From: Octopus vulgaris | Lineage: Eukaryota | Direction of reading: 5' to 3' | DNA length: 64,000 nucleotides | NCBI GenBank assembly: GCA_951406725.2 | Contig: OX597817.1 | Coordinates: 53,754,001 to 53,818,000 of the forward strand | Part shown: piece after piece, positions 46,022-60,349 of the stretch | Numbering within the stretch: position 1 is the first letter of the stretch | Layout of the letters: every line of letters starts with the position of its first letter | Translations under genes and position numbers: made by a program | Notes under the pieces: generated by a model | What the model was told of the DNA's origin: nothing | The model's input: only the letters and a program-made list of their open reading frames with translations | Databases searched by the model: none

Positions 46022-46333
46022 CATACATACATACATACATACATACATACACACGTACATACATACATACGTACATACCTCTGTAAAACAAAACATACAA
46101 ATCTGCATATATATATATATATAATATATATATATATCACCACTGTTCTGAGCTGAAACTAGAGAAAAAAAAAATATATATATATAAATTACAAAATACA
46201 AATTTATATCTTGAGATCGCTAGTGATAACAATACTCAAAATATATAACGGACTGGAATTGTAGTGCTCAAATGAGCTGTATACACTTATTAATCCGAGG
46301 GGAAGCAATGTGAGCAGCAACTAAAGGAACATT

Positions 46334-46387
<54 letters not shown>

Positions 46388-46411
46388 AATGTTCCTTTAG
46401 TTACCGCTCAA

Positions 46412-46480
<69 letters not shown>

Positions 46481-46511
46481 CAAAATAAGCAACAAAGATA
46501 TCCAGTTGTAA

Positions 46512-46598
46512 TGCAGTATGATCGTTTCATTTAGCTCCATTTAATTGAACAATGCAATCATTACATCAACTTAAAATGCAGAGCAATCTTCAGCTGCA
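46512..46598 (-). ncRNA. Hammerhead-like motif between (TA)n arrays
   Basis: ugcag CUGAAGA uuGCUCU..GGAGCuaaau GAAA CGAUCA UA cugca. Confidence 0.55.
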
Positions 46599-46649
46599 CA
46601 AAGACATAGAATTTAATAAAAATTAGAACATATATATATATATATATAT

Positions 46650-46699
46650 TTTGTCAGTGAACAGGTCGCGGATTTTAGCGACGAAAATATTTTGACAAA
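46650..46699 (+). ncRNA. Hammerhead-like motif with G3:C8 core (second copy)
   Basis: uuuguca GUGAACA g GUCGC ggauuuua GCGAC GAAA AUAU UU ugacaaa. Confidence 0.68.
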
Positions 46700-46859
46700 T
46701 TAAACTTAAATGTTGGAGTGAATCGAACGGCTTTTGTGTGTTTCTTAAATGGCTTATAAACACCTTCCACGCTGCAATTGTTTTCGTTTCAGCACACGAT
46801 CTCAGATCAAATTACTTGCTATGCGAGTACATCTCCGTAATATATATATATATATATAT

Positions 46860-47335
46860 ACACCGGAGTAAGCATATGAATGTGAAACCAGGTGGAATAA
46901 ATGAGTACTCAAACACCAGAGGTAGAGTAATATGCTTTATTGAAAGAAGCAGAAATATCACAAAAGCTGTTACGCAGAGTTTCACGTTTCCGTTCGTCGT
47001 ACAGTTTTGTATTTTGGAAACTGCTCGTCGTTGCCATTGTGTCCGCCATATTTGGTAACTGCCTTCACGGAACAGAAAATATAATCATGTTCTCTCCATT
47101 TGGAAGAGAGAATTATACTGAGCACCTCTTACCTCCTCTTTCTTCTTTGGATAAAACCAGTTCCACCATCCATTCCCATCTGAAACGCACGTCTATCGGG
47201 CCACGAATACAGAATGGCAGACACAATGTCATCAACGAGCACATAGTCTCCAAAACACAGAACTGTCAGACGAACGGGAATGTGAAACTCTGAGTAACAG
47301 TTTTTGTGATGTTTCTGCTGCTTTTAATAAAGTAT
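46860..47335. mobile_element. Inverted-repeat element with hammerhead-like motifs at 46965-47004 (-) and 47261-47302 (+); interior duplicated at ~45075-45290
   Basis: aacugu CAGACGA ACG ggaa UGU GAAA CUCUGAG UA acaguu. Confidence 0.6.
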
Positions 47336-47510
47336 ACATACATAATACACGTACACATTCATAAATGCATACGTACGTACGTACATACATACATACATAC
47401 ATACATACATACATACATACATACATACATACATACATACATACACACATACATACATACACACATATATAATACACACATACACATACATACATACATA
47501 CATACATACA

Positions 47511-47544
<34 letters not shown>

Positions 47545-48136
47545 ATACATACATACATACATACACACATACATACATACATACATACATACATACACAC
47601 ACACATACATACATACATATATAATGCACACATACATACATACATATATCTAAAACTTTCGAGAAGTTTATCCTTTACATATATATATGAGCATATCTAA
47701 ATATGCAACAATATGCATGAGAATACAATACATAAAACGAAACATACATACATACATACATACATACATACATACATACATACATACATACATGCATGCA
47801 TGCATACATACATACATACATACATACATACATACATACATACATACATACATACATACATACATACATGCATACATACATACATACAGACATGCATACA
47901 TACATACATACAGACAGACATGCATACATACATACATACATACATACATACATACATACATACATACATACATACATACATACATACATACATACATACG
48001 TATGTACGTACAAAGTATAAACAAAAATACCTTGTTGATGTTGAAATTCCAATGAAACCGGTTCTTTCTCTATTGGCAAGGAATCTTGAAATAAACTGAA
48101 TAATGGCATACATACATACATACATACATACATACA

Positions 48137-48170
<34 letters not shown>

Positions 48171-48206
48171 CATACATACATACCTACATAGATAAACTGT
48201 ACTGGA

Positions 48207-48520
48207 ATGTGTATAGAGAATCACCGTGTTATTGAGTACACACACAATCGTCAACACAAGGAATACTGGTGGAATATTCCTATCAAAATTTCCGCCAAGT
48301 TTAAGCACCAAAGGCCGGGTATTGCTGTTTGGAACAAACAAGAAAAAGAAGTGTGTATTATCATAATGGTCAGCTGTCCTGCGGATGTGAATATCTCTTT
48401 GGAAATCCAAGAGAAAGCGGATAACTATGAAGAATTTCTTCGTAACCTCCAGCTTCTAAGATCCGGATTATAAATTGACATTTATATCAATAATTATCGG
48501 TGTACGTGGCTTTGCGAGTA
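48207..48520 (+). pseudogene. RLE-type LINE endonuclease-domain relic
   Basis: WWNIPI..RPGIAVWNKQEK..SCPADVNI..EKADNY..IIIG resembles the PD-D RLE domain. Confidence 0.65.
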
Positions 48521-48658
48521 AATGTCAAGACACACACATACACACATATACGAGTATATACACATATACACACTCACATGCACATATATGTATATATATA
48601 TATATATATATACACCCACAGACATGTATATGTATATATACACACATGTATATATACA

Positions 48659-48719
<61 letters not shown>

Positions 48720-49005
48720 ATATATAATTAATAAGGGTGAGAGAATTAGGTACTAATTTAATAGTATACCTATTCAACACCAAGTGGCCCAGTGCCCCGA
48801 GAAACCTGGATTATTATAATATTTTATAATATATTATAATATTTTATACAAAAATAAATATAAGAGAGTGGTCACTATGTGGCTCACTCTAGCACTAGTA
48901 AATCCAAAAAGTTTCAACCACAAAAATACATGTTTCCCATGAAAGTCAGTACGATTGTTAGCTCACACGAACAGGGCAAATAAAAAATAACAAAAATACA
49001 GATTA

Positions 49006-49086
49006 TTTTGGGACAATTGTTTCGCTATTAATGAATTAAATGTAATTTTACTCACAAAAAACTCACTTGTAGCTCCCCAGCCAAAA
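49006..49086 (-). ncRNA. Hammerhead-like motif with A6G change
   Basis: uuuugg CUGGGGA GCUA..UAGC GAAA CAAUUG UC ccaaaa; flank repeated inverted at ~62715-62895. Confidence 0.62.
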
Positions 49087-49329
49087 CTATCTGGATGAAA
49101 TCCACTCAATCACACGCCAGATTTTACCATAACGATAAATACATTTTTATATATATAAAATTTTGATTTGAAAACCCCACTAGAATGGGAGAAAACGCTA
49201 ATGATCTAAGTGATATGATATATACGTAAAAAATGTAATATATAAATAAATATCTGTAAATATAAACCATCCGATCTTCTGATTACCTCATTTCTTCTAA
49301 TATATATATATATACATATATATATATGT

Positions 49330-49378
<49 letters not shown>

Positions 49379-50177
49379 CTGTGTGTGTGTCTGAGTGTCT
49401 GTGTCTGTCCACCATCACTGCTTGGCGACCGGTTCAGCTGTATTTACGTCCCCGTTATCTAGCGGTTCGGCAAAAGAAACTAATAAAATAAATACTAGGG
49501 TTAACAAAAGTAAGTCCTGAGGTCTATTGGCTCGACTAAAAAATAAACCTTTAAGGTGGTGCTCCAGCATGGCCGCAATCAAACGACTAAAAAATAACAG
49601 AATAAAAGAATATATATCTATGATATTGGAATAATGTACTTTGTCTTCCTATTATGTGAACATTACTGTATTGTACTCTAAGGACCTGAACGAGGACCAC
49701 AATCCAGAGCTGTGGGTCGATAGCTAATTGTATCTGTGAAGAGGACATGACCAAATATATAGAGAACAATAGCGTAATGTATTATGACACTTGTGACATT
49801 CCTGAGAAAATGCTGGGTCAAACTGAGGTGTGTGTGTCTGTGTGTGTGTGTTTGTGTGTGTGTGCGTATGTGTCTGTATAAGGTTGGGCCGTGTCACATA
49901 ATGTTTGCACCTTCTTCACTTGGTAAACAAAGAACTTAAAGAACGAAAGTGTGTCAATTTGGATGAGATGTATGCATATAATATACATATATATATAAAC
50001 ATACATACACATACACACACACATACACACACACACACACACACGCACGCACGCACGCACTCACTCACGTACACACATGCGCACTTGGCTGTGAATACTA
50101 AAGCGGTTATTCAGAGACCCGGAGTTTTGTGTCAAACTACTTTACAGACTTTGCTATCAAACATTAAGTTCCCAAGT

Positions 50178-50245
<68 letters not shown>

Positions 50246-50989
50246 GCAGCAGCAGCAGCAACAACAACGACAACAACAACAGCAACAACAACAACAACAA
50301 CAACAATAATAATAATAATAACTATCATCATAATAATCATAATCATAATATAATCCCTATTCTGGGACCTTTTGAGCGGGATGGGCTACTCGACCAGAAG
50401 AAAATTCTAACTGGGCTGACGATATGTGCATCACTGATCATGAGCAGAAGTAGCGGGGGAGCATCATAGCCGTGTGTTGAGAGGTTTTCTTTGGGGTTTG
50501 AATAATTCACCTCTGGAAACATGGGTGGTTCGTTCAAAATTCTTAAACAACCCGTATTCAGGTAAATTAGTGGTCATCTTTTACAATTGCCATATGTAGG
50601 AAATCCCAAAACATAAGGTAGCTGCAACATGGGCGATTTCTGTTACCGACAGAAAACTGTGAGGAGGTTTTAGTCAATGAAACCTATTTTTAAAATGATT
50701 GTGAAACGCGGCTGCTTTTCAAAAAGGGATACTCTCTGTCGAACAGAGTTTGAAGTGTTAATATTGGTTTCAAATTTTGGCACATGGCCAGGAACTTCTG
50801 GTGAGGGGTTAAGTCAATTACGTCAACCCCAGGTACTTATTTTATCGACTCTGAAAGGATGAGAGGTAAAGTCGACCTCGGCGGAATTTGAACTCAGACC
50901 CTAAAGACAAACGAAACGCCACTAAGCGTTCTAACGACTCTGTCAGTTTGCCGCCTTGATAGAGCTTAATATTCTCGTAGAAAATTTCT

Positions 50990-52050
50990 TTGAAAAGCAG
51001 TCAGAACCTTATCACATCTTTATTGACTTTGAAACAGCTTTTGATTATGTGTGACACGAATGACTATGGTTTATGTGCATATATAATCACAGCCTATGAA
51101 GACGGCGAACTGGCAGAAACGTTAGCACACCGGGCGAAATGCTTAGCAGTATTTCGTCTGCCATTACGTTCTGAGTTCAAATTCTCCCGAGGTCGACTTT
51201 GCCTTTCATCCTTTCGGGGTCGATAAATTAAATACCAGTTACGCACTGGGGTCAATGTAATCGATTTAGTCCATTTGTCTGTCCTTGTTTGTCTCCTCTA
51301 TGTTTAGCCCCTTGTGGGCAATAAAGAAATAAGAAACGTTAGCACGCCGGGCGAAATGCGTAGCGGTATTTCGTCTGCCGTTATGTTCTGAGTTCAAATT
51401 CCGCCGAGGTCGACTTTGCCTTTCATCCTTTCGGGGTCGATAAATTAAGTACCAGTTACGCACTGGGGTCTATATAATCGACTTAATCCGTTTGTCTGTC
51501 CTTGTTTGTCCCCTCTGTGTTTAGCCCCTTGTGGGTAGTAAAGAAATATATATAACACAGCCTACAAATAGTAAATGTTATAATTCGTTAGATAAACTTG
51601 CAAATTTTCTGGTTTGGATTTGAGACTCACCAAATGACTTGTTTTATAACGACAGTAGGTATGATGTGTTCTTTTACCAAGCCTTTTAACCAGGTCTCCA
51701 CAGTGCGTAAGGAAAGATAGGTCTTGAGTTTTTCGAAGGAAACATTGGGTACGATGTAGCAAAGTCAATATTCACTGTTTGACCGATCATATTGATTTCA
51801 TTGAATGTAATGAAGATCTTAGAGGTCTAATAACAGGTCTTGATATAACAGTAAAACGATATGGACAGAAATAAGTGCTGAAAAATAGCAAAACTATTTC
51901 AGGGAACGTAAATAGTCAATTCATTTGAAAACACTTCAACAAGCTGATGGATTCAAATATTTCGAAAAAAGAGAGACGTACGATATTACATCAAAGAAAG
52001 AACAAAAGTGTTAGGTTGTTGCAGGTGTAACGGCTTTAAAGAATTAGACA
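50990..52050 (+). pseudogene. Degraded RTE-like reverse transcriptase relic interrupted by a SINE dimer
   Basis: HIFIDFETAFDYV*HE*LW at ~51010-51070; later decayed DHIDFI..YG.EISAEK..DGFKY. Confidence 0.5.
51101..51548 (+). mobile_element. Tandem SINE A dimer with TSD
   Basis: two copies; flanking atataa(t)cacagccta on both sides. Confidence 0.88.
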
Positions 52051-52287
52051 CTGCTTGGAGAATAAAATGATTACAGTGACAACGTTTTTAAAGAATTAAA
52101 GAAAGATTCGAGAATGTCTCTAAACCTCACTGTTTCGTGTTGATTCTTACGTCATAATAGATATTTTTTGTTTCGGAAAATCGGATGGCGTTACCAACTT
52201 ACATTCTAACAGAGTTCCTTAGATTTCTTTAAATATTGACTTCAATTGATAGTCACTTTTGGTTCGATTCCTATTTTCACTAAAATC

Positions 52288-53550
52288 ATGAAGCATATAT
52301 TGGATGCGTTACTTTGCTGGGAGAAAGGTGATTACACCGGTCTGTTTGACTTAATGCGAATATTGAGCCAAAAATTGGACACAGTCATTGATAATTTACA
52401 AATGGATGTCACGAGGGATGTGTTTTCCAACCAAACCATTTTCATGGAAAACGAATTTGATAGCGTTGAATTGCAAGATCTGTTTATCGCTTTGAAGATC
52501 GTAATGTACTGTAACCCGGCTTCTGAATCTGACGAGGAACTAGCAGTGTTAGCTTCTGCCAATAACAACGGAGATGTTTCAACAAACAGCCAGTCAATCT
52601 TTCCAGTTGATATGAAGGGACCGCTTGCAAGTGAGCAAAACGACGATGGTAACGTGGACTATTTCAACAAAGTCTTGCTGGGTGACAGCCAAAATGTTTG
52701 TGGACTAGTTTATCACGATAACCAAACACTGCTAAATATGTTGGAAAACACAATCACTGCAAACTTGACCCGCAGGAAACATGCCTTCTGGCACACTTTG
52801 AAGAATTTCTACCAAGCTGAACACCATGTCCATTGGAGCAACGCCAAACCAGCACTTCTTCATCCGATAATGGCATCCAAAAACGGAAAGGAAAAATGGC
52901 CTGCAATAAAGAAGTTAGCTGAAAGACTTACCTCCCTTTGTTTCAAAGCTGAAGCTATAATTTTATTGAATAAAGCAAAAAGGAGCGCAAGTAAGTTCAA
53001 AGAAATCGATCTAAAAATGCTTAAACTCTTTGAGAATAGCAGTCACAACAAGGAACAGTTCAGAAAACTCACTGAAATTTGGAAAGCGAAAACAAATGCT
53101 GAAGAAGTGACGTCATTTTTTATTCTCAATTCTAAGAAACTTTATTACGAATCGAATCGATGGTCCTGTTTCGCTTCTCATATGAACAGTTACATTTCTA
53201 CAAGCAGATGCAGTGGGCGTATAAATCTGGAGACGAAACCCACCGGCAAGAAAGAGGATTCCAAATGGCTTGTTAACATAACCGAAAATCCCACCAAAAA
53301 TTCCGTGATTCACGATACATTTGACAAACAGTCGGCATCTCTGAAAAAAATGAATTTTCAGAACTGCAATCTTTCAAAACAGTTACACTCGAAACCCATC
53401 ATGTCTCGAAGTCAGCCATTAAGTCAGAACCGTACAAAGGAAGACATTTTCCCTCTCTGCTCCGTTTTGAATCGAAGACTTCAACGAAACGAAAAAGATA
53501 AAGAAATAAGAATGCAAACCGGAAGCTGGAGATTCTTCCCAGAAGTATAA
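52288..53550 (+). CDS. Intronless uncharacterized protein, ~420 aa
   Basis: 1263-nt complex-sequence ORF in DNA where other long ORFs are microsatellite artefacts; ATG context aaaATCATG; AATAAA at 53659-53664; no domain recognised. Confidence 0.65.
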   Translation: MKHILDALLCWEKGDYTGLFDLMRILSQKLDTVIDNLQMDVTRDVFSNQTIFMENEFDSVELQDLFIALKIVMYCNPASESDEELAVLASANNNGDVSTNSQSIFPVDMKGPLASEQNDDGNVDYFNKVLLGDSQNVCGLVYHDNQTLLNMLENTITANLTRRKHAFWHTLKNFYQAEHHVHWSNAKPALLHPIMASKNGKEKWPAIKKLAERLTSLCFKAEAIILLNKAKRSASKFKEIDLKMLKLFENSSHNKEQFRKLTEIWKAKTNAEEVTSFFILNSKKLYYESNRWSCFASHMNSYISTSRCSGRINLETKPTGKKEDSKWLVNITENPTKNSVIHDTFDKQSASLKKMNFQNCNLSKQLHSKPIMSRSQPLSQNRTKEDIFPLCSVLNRRLQRNEKDKEIRMQTGSWRFFPEV

Positions 53551-54175
53551 ATTGGTTTTCTTTCTCCATGTCAAAGGTGGAATTAATTTTGTCATTGTTC
53601 CGTTCTTTGTATTGTATGTTTGAGGTGAGAAGACAGTGCAACAAGAAAACGAATATTAAATAAAAACAAAATATTGAGAAGAACATCGTAAGTTAGAGAG
53701 ATACGAAAACTAATATTGTTAGTATTTTCCCACTTGTTAATTAATTTTAAGTGATGAAGTATCTTGTGTTGTTGCATCATGGTATTTAGTTATGGCGCTT
53801 TACGTTCTGAATTTGATTCACGCCAAGGTGAACTCTGCGGTTCATCATTCTGAGAACGATAAAATAAAGTACCGGTCGAATGTTGAGATCAATTTAATCG
53901 ATCGTTTTCTGACCTCAAAATGAAGGCGTTGTGTCTTATGTAAGAAATGAAAATGGGTGACGAGAACAAACTGAAGCTACTATAAAAAAATGTTTAAGAC
54001 ATACTGAGAAACAAACATTCTACACAAATATATGCGTCCACATACATACATACATACATACATACATACATACATACATACATACATACATACATACATA
54101 CATACATACGTACGTACATACATGTGTTAGTAGGTGTGTGGTTATAAGTATGTATAAATGTTGTGAGTGTGTGTG

Positions 54176-54294
<119 letters not shown>

Positions 54295-54574
54295 AGAGAG
54301 AGAGAGAAGTTGAAATTTCACAGATTACAACCAGTAGTTTTATGTTCCAAACAATCGGCTATTATTGCTGTTGTAGCTATTTTTCTGTCTGTCTGTGTGT
54401 CTTTCTCTCTCTCACTCTTTCTTTCTCTTTCTCTCACACACACACTTTTTTCTCTCTCTCTCTCTGTCTTTCTTTTTCTCTCATTCCCTCTCTCTCTCTC
54501 TTTGTTATACTTGTCCAAGCTGAGCAGCAGAGCTAGTACTTCTCGGGTGTCGTTTTCGTAATGTTGTATTGTGC

Positions 54575-54622
<48 letters not shown>

Positions 54623-54959
54623 GTTACGTGGAGATTATTTCTTTCTGTGCTATGTGAGGGTTGGTGACAGCTGAACTTCGTGACGACAACAAACGAAGTC
54701 ATCCGTATCAAGATGGATTTTCCTACTTAATGTATTTTTCTTTCATTTTGCTTGTGGCACAATCATTAGCACACCAGGTATTTCGTTCGTCTTCACATTC
54801 TGAGTTCAAATTCTGCCGTTGTCGACTTTACCTTTCATCCCTCCGGAATCAGTGAAATAAATACCAGCTGATCCCTGGGGGTCGATTTAATCAACTTACT
54901 CCCTTCTCCGAAATTGCTGTCCTTGTGCTAAAATTTAAATCGTTATAGGTTTACATAAA

Positions 54960-55131
54960 GTAGGAGTGGCTGCGTGGTAAGTAGCTTGCTTACAAACCAC
55001 ATGGTTCCGGGTTCAGTCCCACTACGTGGCACCTTGAGCAAGTGTCTTCTACTATAGCCTCGAGCTGACCAAAGCCTTGTGAGTGGATTAGGTAGACGGA
55101 AACTGAAAGAAGCCCGTCGTATATATGTATA

Positions 55132-55167
<36 letters not shown>

Positions 55168-55410
55168 TGTATGTATGTATGTATGTATGTATGAATGTTT
55201 GTGTGTCTGTGCTTGTCCCCCCATGTCACTTGACAACCAATGCTGGTGTGGTTACGTCCCCGTAACTTAGCGCTTCGGCAAAAGAGACAGATAGAAAAAA
55301 GTACTAGGCTTACAATGAATAAGTCCAGGGGTCGATTTGCTCGATTAAAGGCGGTGCTCCAGCATGGCCACAGTCAAATGACTGAAAAGAGTAGAAGAGT
55401 AAAAGAGTAT
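54960..55410 (+). mobile_element. SINE family C, full length
   Basis: head, internal (TA)/(TATG)n, tail. Confidence 0.85.
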
Positions 55411-55949
55411 ATATATCGGTTTAACTGCCGTAGGTTGTATTTATAGTTTAGTGTATCACACACACAGGTCAGTGATTGGTTGCCCCCGATAGGTTTTGTT
55501 GGTATAGTTTCGGATAAATTTAGATTGACATTTCTCGTTTCTTTTGTTGGCCAAAAGTGGTCCCTGTGAATGCTCGAAGCATCTTTGCGTTCCTTTTATG
55601 CGCTTCATCTGACTTCTGCGTGTGATCTGAATGCTGTAACAATGCTGTTTGTAATTGTAGCTTCTAGTCTTTCTGTTTCCTATTCTTTCTTCTTCTTTTT
55701 TTTTCCTTTTTATTCTATTTACTCGTTTCAGGCATTTGACTGCGGCCATGCTGATGAACCGCCTTAAAGAGTGTTAGTCGAAGAAATCGACCCCAGGACT
55801 CATTCTTTGTAAGCCTAGTAGTGCTTATTCTATCGGTCTCTATTGCCGAACGGGTAAGATACGGGAACATAAACACACCAGCATCGGTTGTCAAGCGATG
55901 GCGGAGTGACACACACATACACACACACACATACACACGCACGCACACG

Positions 55950-55983
<34 letters not shown>

Positions 55984-56202
55984 TATATACATACATATTT
56001 ACATATTATCCTGCATATTCCATCGTGTTCCTTTCTGTTGAAGTGCGTAGGCTCGAAACGTAAAAGACTTTATCACCTTCCCGAGCGTCAAACTAATACA
56101 CCTGCTAGTTGTTCATACACCTGTCTTCGTCTTTTGTTTTTCTGTAAATTTCAGCTATACATATATATGTATATATATGTATACTATGCATGTATGTATG
56201 TA

Positions 56203-56310
<108 letters not shown>

Positions 56311-57934
56311 CATACATACATACATACGACGGGCTTCTTCCAGTTTCCGTCTACCAAATCCACTTACAAGGCTTTGGTCGGCCCGAGGCTATAGTAGAAG
56401 ACACTTGCCCAAGCTGCCACGCAGTGGAACTGAACCCGAAACCATGTAGTTGTGAAGCAAGCTTCTTACCACACAGCCACTCCTGCGCCTATTTTATTTT
56501 ATTATTATAAGATTTTATGTTGACCTTCAGTACGGTGTCTGGTGTTGGCTGGATTCTTATTCGTTACCTTCAGTCAATTCATATGACCGCAGAAAGAGAC
56601 TACCATTCGCAAAATGGTTGAACTTCAAAGTAGAACCTTGTATATCCACTCCCGTAGATCCGGCTTGTTGTGCTCAAGCTCCTGGTCTCTTTGGTTTGGG
56701 AAACCCGACAGGGTTTTGCAGGTCTCCGACTCCGCCACTCTTCGTGGTTTGTGCTCACACTACATCTTGCTTCTCACTAACCTCATGTGTCCTATACCAC
56801 TGTGTATCACGATTATCGTCCCCGAGTAGCAACTGCTTACCCCCTAGAAAGTAGAAAAAATAGCCAATATTTCCTTCAAACTTATTGCATTTATTCAAAT
56901 CCTAAAGAATCCCTCTCAACATATGACTATCATGTTCCCCCACTACTCCTGCTCATCATCAGAGATGCACATATTTTTAACCACTAAAGGACATATGCAT
57001 GTGGTTACGGTCGAGTGGTTAAGTAAATCTGTAATATTAAGTAGAATATTTGCTCAAACGATATTTCTGCTTCAGCAGCGCAGCGCTAAATATCTCTGAA
57101 ATGTAATGGAAAATAGGTCAGTTTCAAAACATTGATGTCCAGGTCACAAAACCAAAGTTTGAAGGGAATTATATAGCCATTGCTCTTGATTTCTAGATAG
57201 AAACAAATAGGAAATAACACTTGCTGACCGAAGACAAAAAAAAAAGTAAAAATTAAAATTGTGTTATACAGTGTAATTAATGTTACGTGTCCCTTTATTA
57301 TTATCATTATTATTATAGAAGCAAAGCTCAGGTTCGGTCTTATTCCTGGCAGCATTTATGTAGGTAGCAGGTTACTACCTGTAACCTTAGGTTTACCACA
57401 AGTTTTCAGCAGTCTTTCGAGTGCTTAGAACCCTCCTGATAATCTTTGCTGTCCATAAGAGGCAAATTTTCTGCAGGAGCTCTATTAGGCATTCTATTCC
57501 AATCTCCTTCAGCCATTTGTTTATATCTTGGCTTACTGTTCCCAACGTACCAATTCGCATGCTCTAAATTCTTTCTATTTCAAATCTTAAAGGATTATAT
57601 TTTCTTTCTTTTTCTCCCTCTTATTTTACGATCCTGGAATCAAACGGACATCATGGGTCATTTATTATTATTATTATTATTGTTGTTGTTGTTATTATTA
57701 TTAAAGCAGCGAACTGGCAGAATTCTTAGCGTATCGGACAAAATGCTTATCGGCATATTTTTCGGTTCTTTGTGTCCTGAGTTCAAATATCGCTGAGGTC
57801 AACTTTGCCTTTCATCCTTTCGATGGTGATGAAATAAGTACCAGTTGAACACTGGGGTCGATGTAATCGACTAGGCCCCTTACCAAAATTTCGGACCTTG
57901 TGCCTATAGTATAAAAGATTTTTATTGCTGTTGT

Positions 57935-58028
57935 CTTCTTCTTCTTCTTCATCTTCTTCTTCTTCTTCTTCTTCTTCTTCTTCTTCTTCTTCTTCTTCTT
58001 CTTCTTCTTCTTCTTCTTCTTCTTCTTC
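57935..58028. repeat. (TTC)n array
   Basis: direct reading. Confidence 0.95.
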
Positions 58029-58822
58029 CAATCATGACTCACGCCATTAGCCACAAAGAATAATCTCTAATTCGAGCCAACTCTAAGCTACTAAGAATGC
58101 GTGTGGCAACTTGAAGATCCACCCACCACATGCGATAGACTGGCGGTTGCACGGGCGCGAAAGCTACGTTGTTATCTTCATTCTGTAAACGGTGGCTTTT
58201 AACGGGTGGAGAGCTGAACCATTCTGGGGTACAGAGGATTCGCAATTTAGACTAGGGTCTGAAAGTTTACCACACCATAGTGGGTTACACCATGGTTCCT
58301 CTGCTTTGTGGCAGAAGTAGGAAGAAAGAGTGAGAGAAAGTTGTGGTGAAAGAGTACAGCGAGGTTCACCACCCATCCCCGCCGGAGCTTCGTAGAGCTT
58401 AGGTGTTTTTGCTCAATAAACACTCACAATGCCCGGTCTGGGAATCGAAACTGCGTTCTTACGACCACGAGTCCGCTGCCCTAACCACTGGGCCATTGCG
58501 CTCCACCCATGCTGTTGTTGTTGTCGTCGTCGTTCTCCATGTGAACTACATTGAGGGTACACCACGTGTCTGTGGGATGCCCAGCTGCTTGCACGTTAAT
58601 TTCACGTGCAGTTTGTTCCGTTAATTGGATCACCTGGATCGCTGATGAAAACGATACAGAGCCAGGCCATTATTTTCTTTTCATATCCTTTCATTTAATA
58701 ATACCTGCCAAGTGTCAGCCAAGCATCTATATCAGGTTTTATCATGTAATGGTGATTATTCTACAACAGAATGTAGGGGTCAAAAGGCATAAAATTAATT
58801 TCGATTCAGTTCGTAGAAACCT

Positions 58823-59123
58823 GTGGAGGTACATGGCCCAGTGGTTAGAGCAGCAGACTCGCGGTCGAGGGATCGCGGGTTCGAATCTCAGACCGGGCGA
58901 TGTGTGTGTTTATGAGCGGATCACCTAAGCTCCACGCAGCTCTGGTAGAAGGTAATGGCGAACTTCTGCTGACTCTTTCGCCACAACTTTCTCTCACTCT
59001 TTCCTCCTGTATCTTGCAGCACACCTGCGACGGACCGGCGTCCCGTCCAGGTGGGGAACCTATACGCCAAGGAAACCGGGAAACCGGCCCTTATGAGCCA
59101 GGCATGGCTCGAGAAGGAACAAA
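58823..59123 (+). mobile_element. SINE family B
   Basis: near-identical to 21979-22275. Confidence 0.87.
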
Positions 59124-59579
59124 CATGTAGAAACGTAGAATGAAATAAGAAGAAATAATTAATTGCGACTGAAAGAATATCAATACCAAAAGTTAATCCT
59201 GATCTCCATCTTAGCGTGGAGGTTGTGTTAGAACACACAATACTGTGCCATTTACTCCGAGAGTAACTCTTATAAGGACCATCTGTCAACGATATGATTT
59301 CGAGTGTTTTTATGCACCACGTGCCATTATGAGATTCTCTCTCATGGTAAATAACACAGTATTCTCTGTTCCAACACAACCTCCACGTTAAGTTGTAGAC
59401 CAGGATTAACTTTTAAATAATAAGGTATAAACGCGATAGATAAAAGGAAGGAATTCAGTTTTCATTATTCGGTATTATAAAGACAAATTCTACGTAAAAT
59501 GTGAACCATGGATGATGTTTTAAAAAATATTACAAATGCTGAATTTACCAGGGATTTTTCCAAGGAACTCATTTATGCC

Positions 59580-59830
59580 TTAGTTTATGACTCCAAGCAC
59601 ACCACTTCCAACTGGGGTTCTTTTGAGTCTTCAATTGTCACATTCCTATGTCTATGTACTTTGTAAATTTGTCAAATTCTTTAGCAAATAGATTTTTGTC
59701 AGGTGATATAATCATAGCAATGAGTAGGCCTATTATTTTTTTTTTACTTTTAACGATAATATCAGACCGGTTGGTGTTTATACTGCTGTTTGTGCACATT
59801 ATAAAATACTGACAGAGGATTCTGTTCTGC
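59580..59830 (-). pseudogene. RLE-type LINE endonuclease-domain relic
   Basis: [31 protein letters not shown] resembles NRPDIVV..D..P.D.N...KE.EK..KY. Confidence 0.6.
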
Positions 59831-59989
59831 CCCATGATGTTAGCATAGTATCCAGTCAGTGTATTTTCCAAGTGTATTTTGGGTAAGTGTCTTCTACTAT
59901 GGCCTCGGGCAAACAAAGCCTTGTGAGCGGATTTGATGAACGGAAACCGAAAGAAGCCGGTCGTGTGTGTATATATATATATATGTATG

Positions 59990-60082
<93 letters not shown>

Positions 60083-60155
60083 GTGTATATGTATATATAT
60101 ATGATATATTTATATATATGTCTCACACTCTCTCTCACTCTATCTATCTATCTAT

Positions 60156-60231
<76 letters not shown>

Positions 60232-60304
60232 GTGTATATGTATATATATATGATATATTTATATATATGTCTCACACTCTCTCTCACTCTATCTATCTAT
60301 CTAT

Positions 60305-60349
<45 letters not shown>

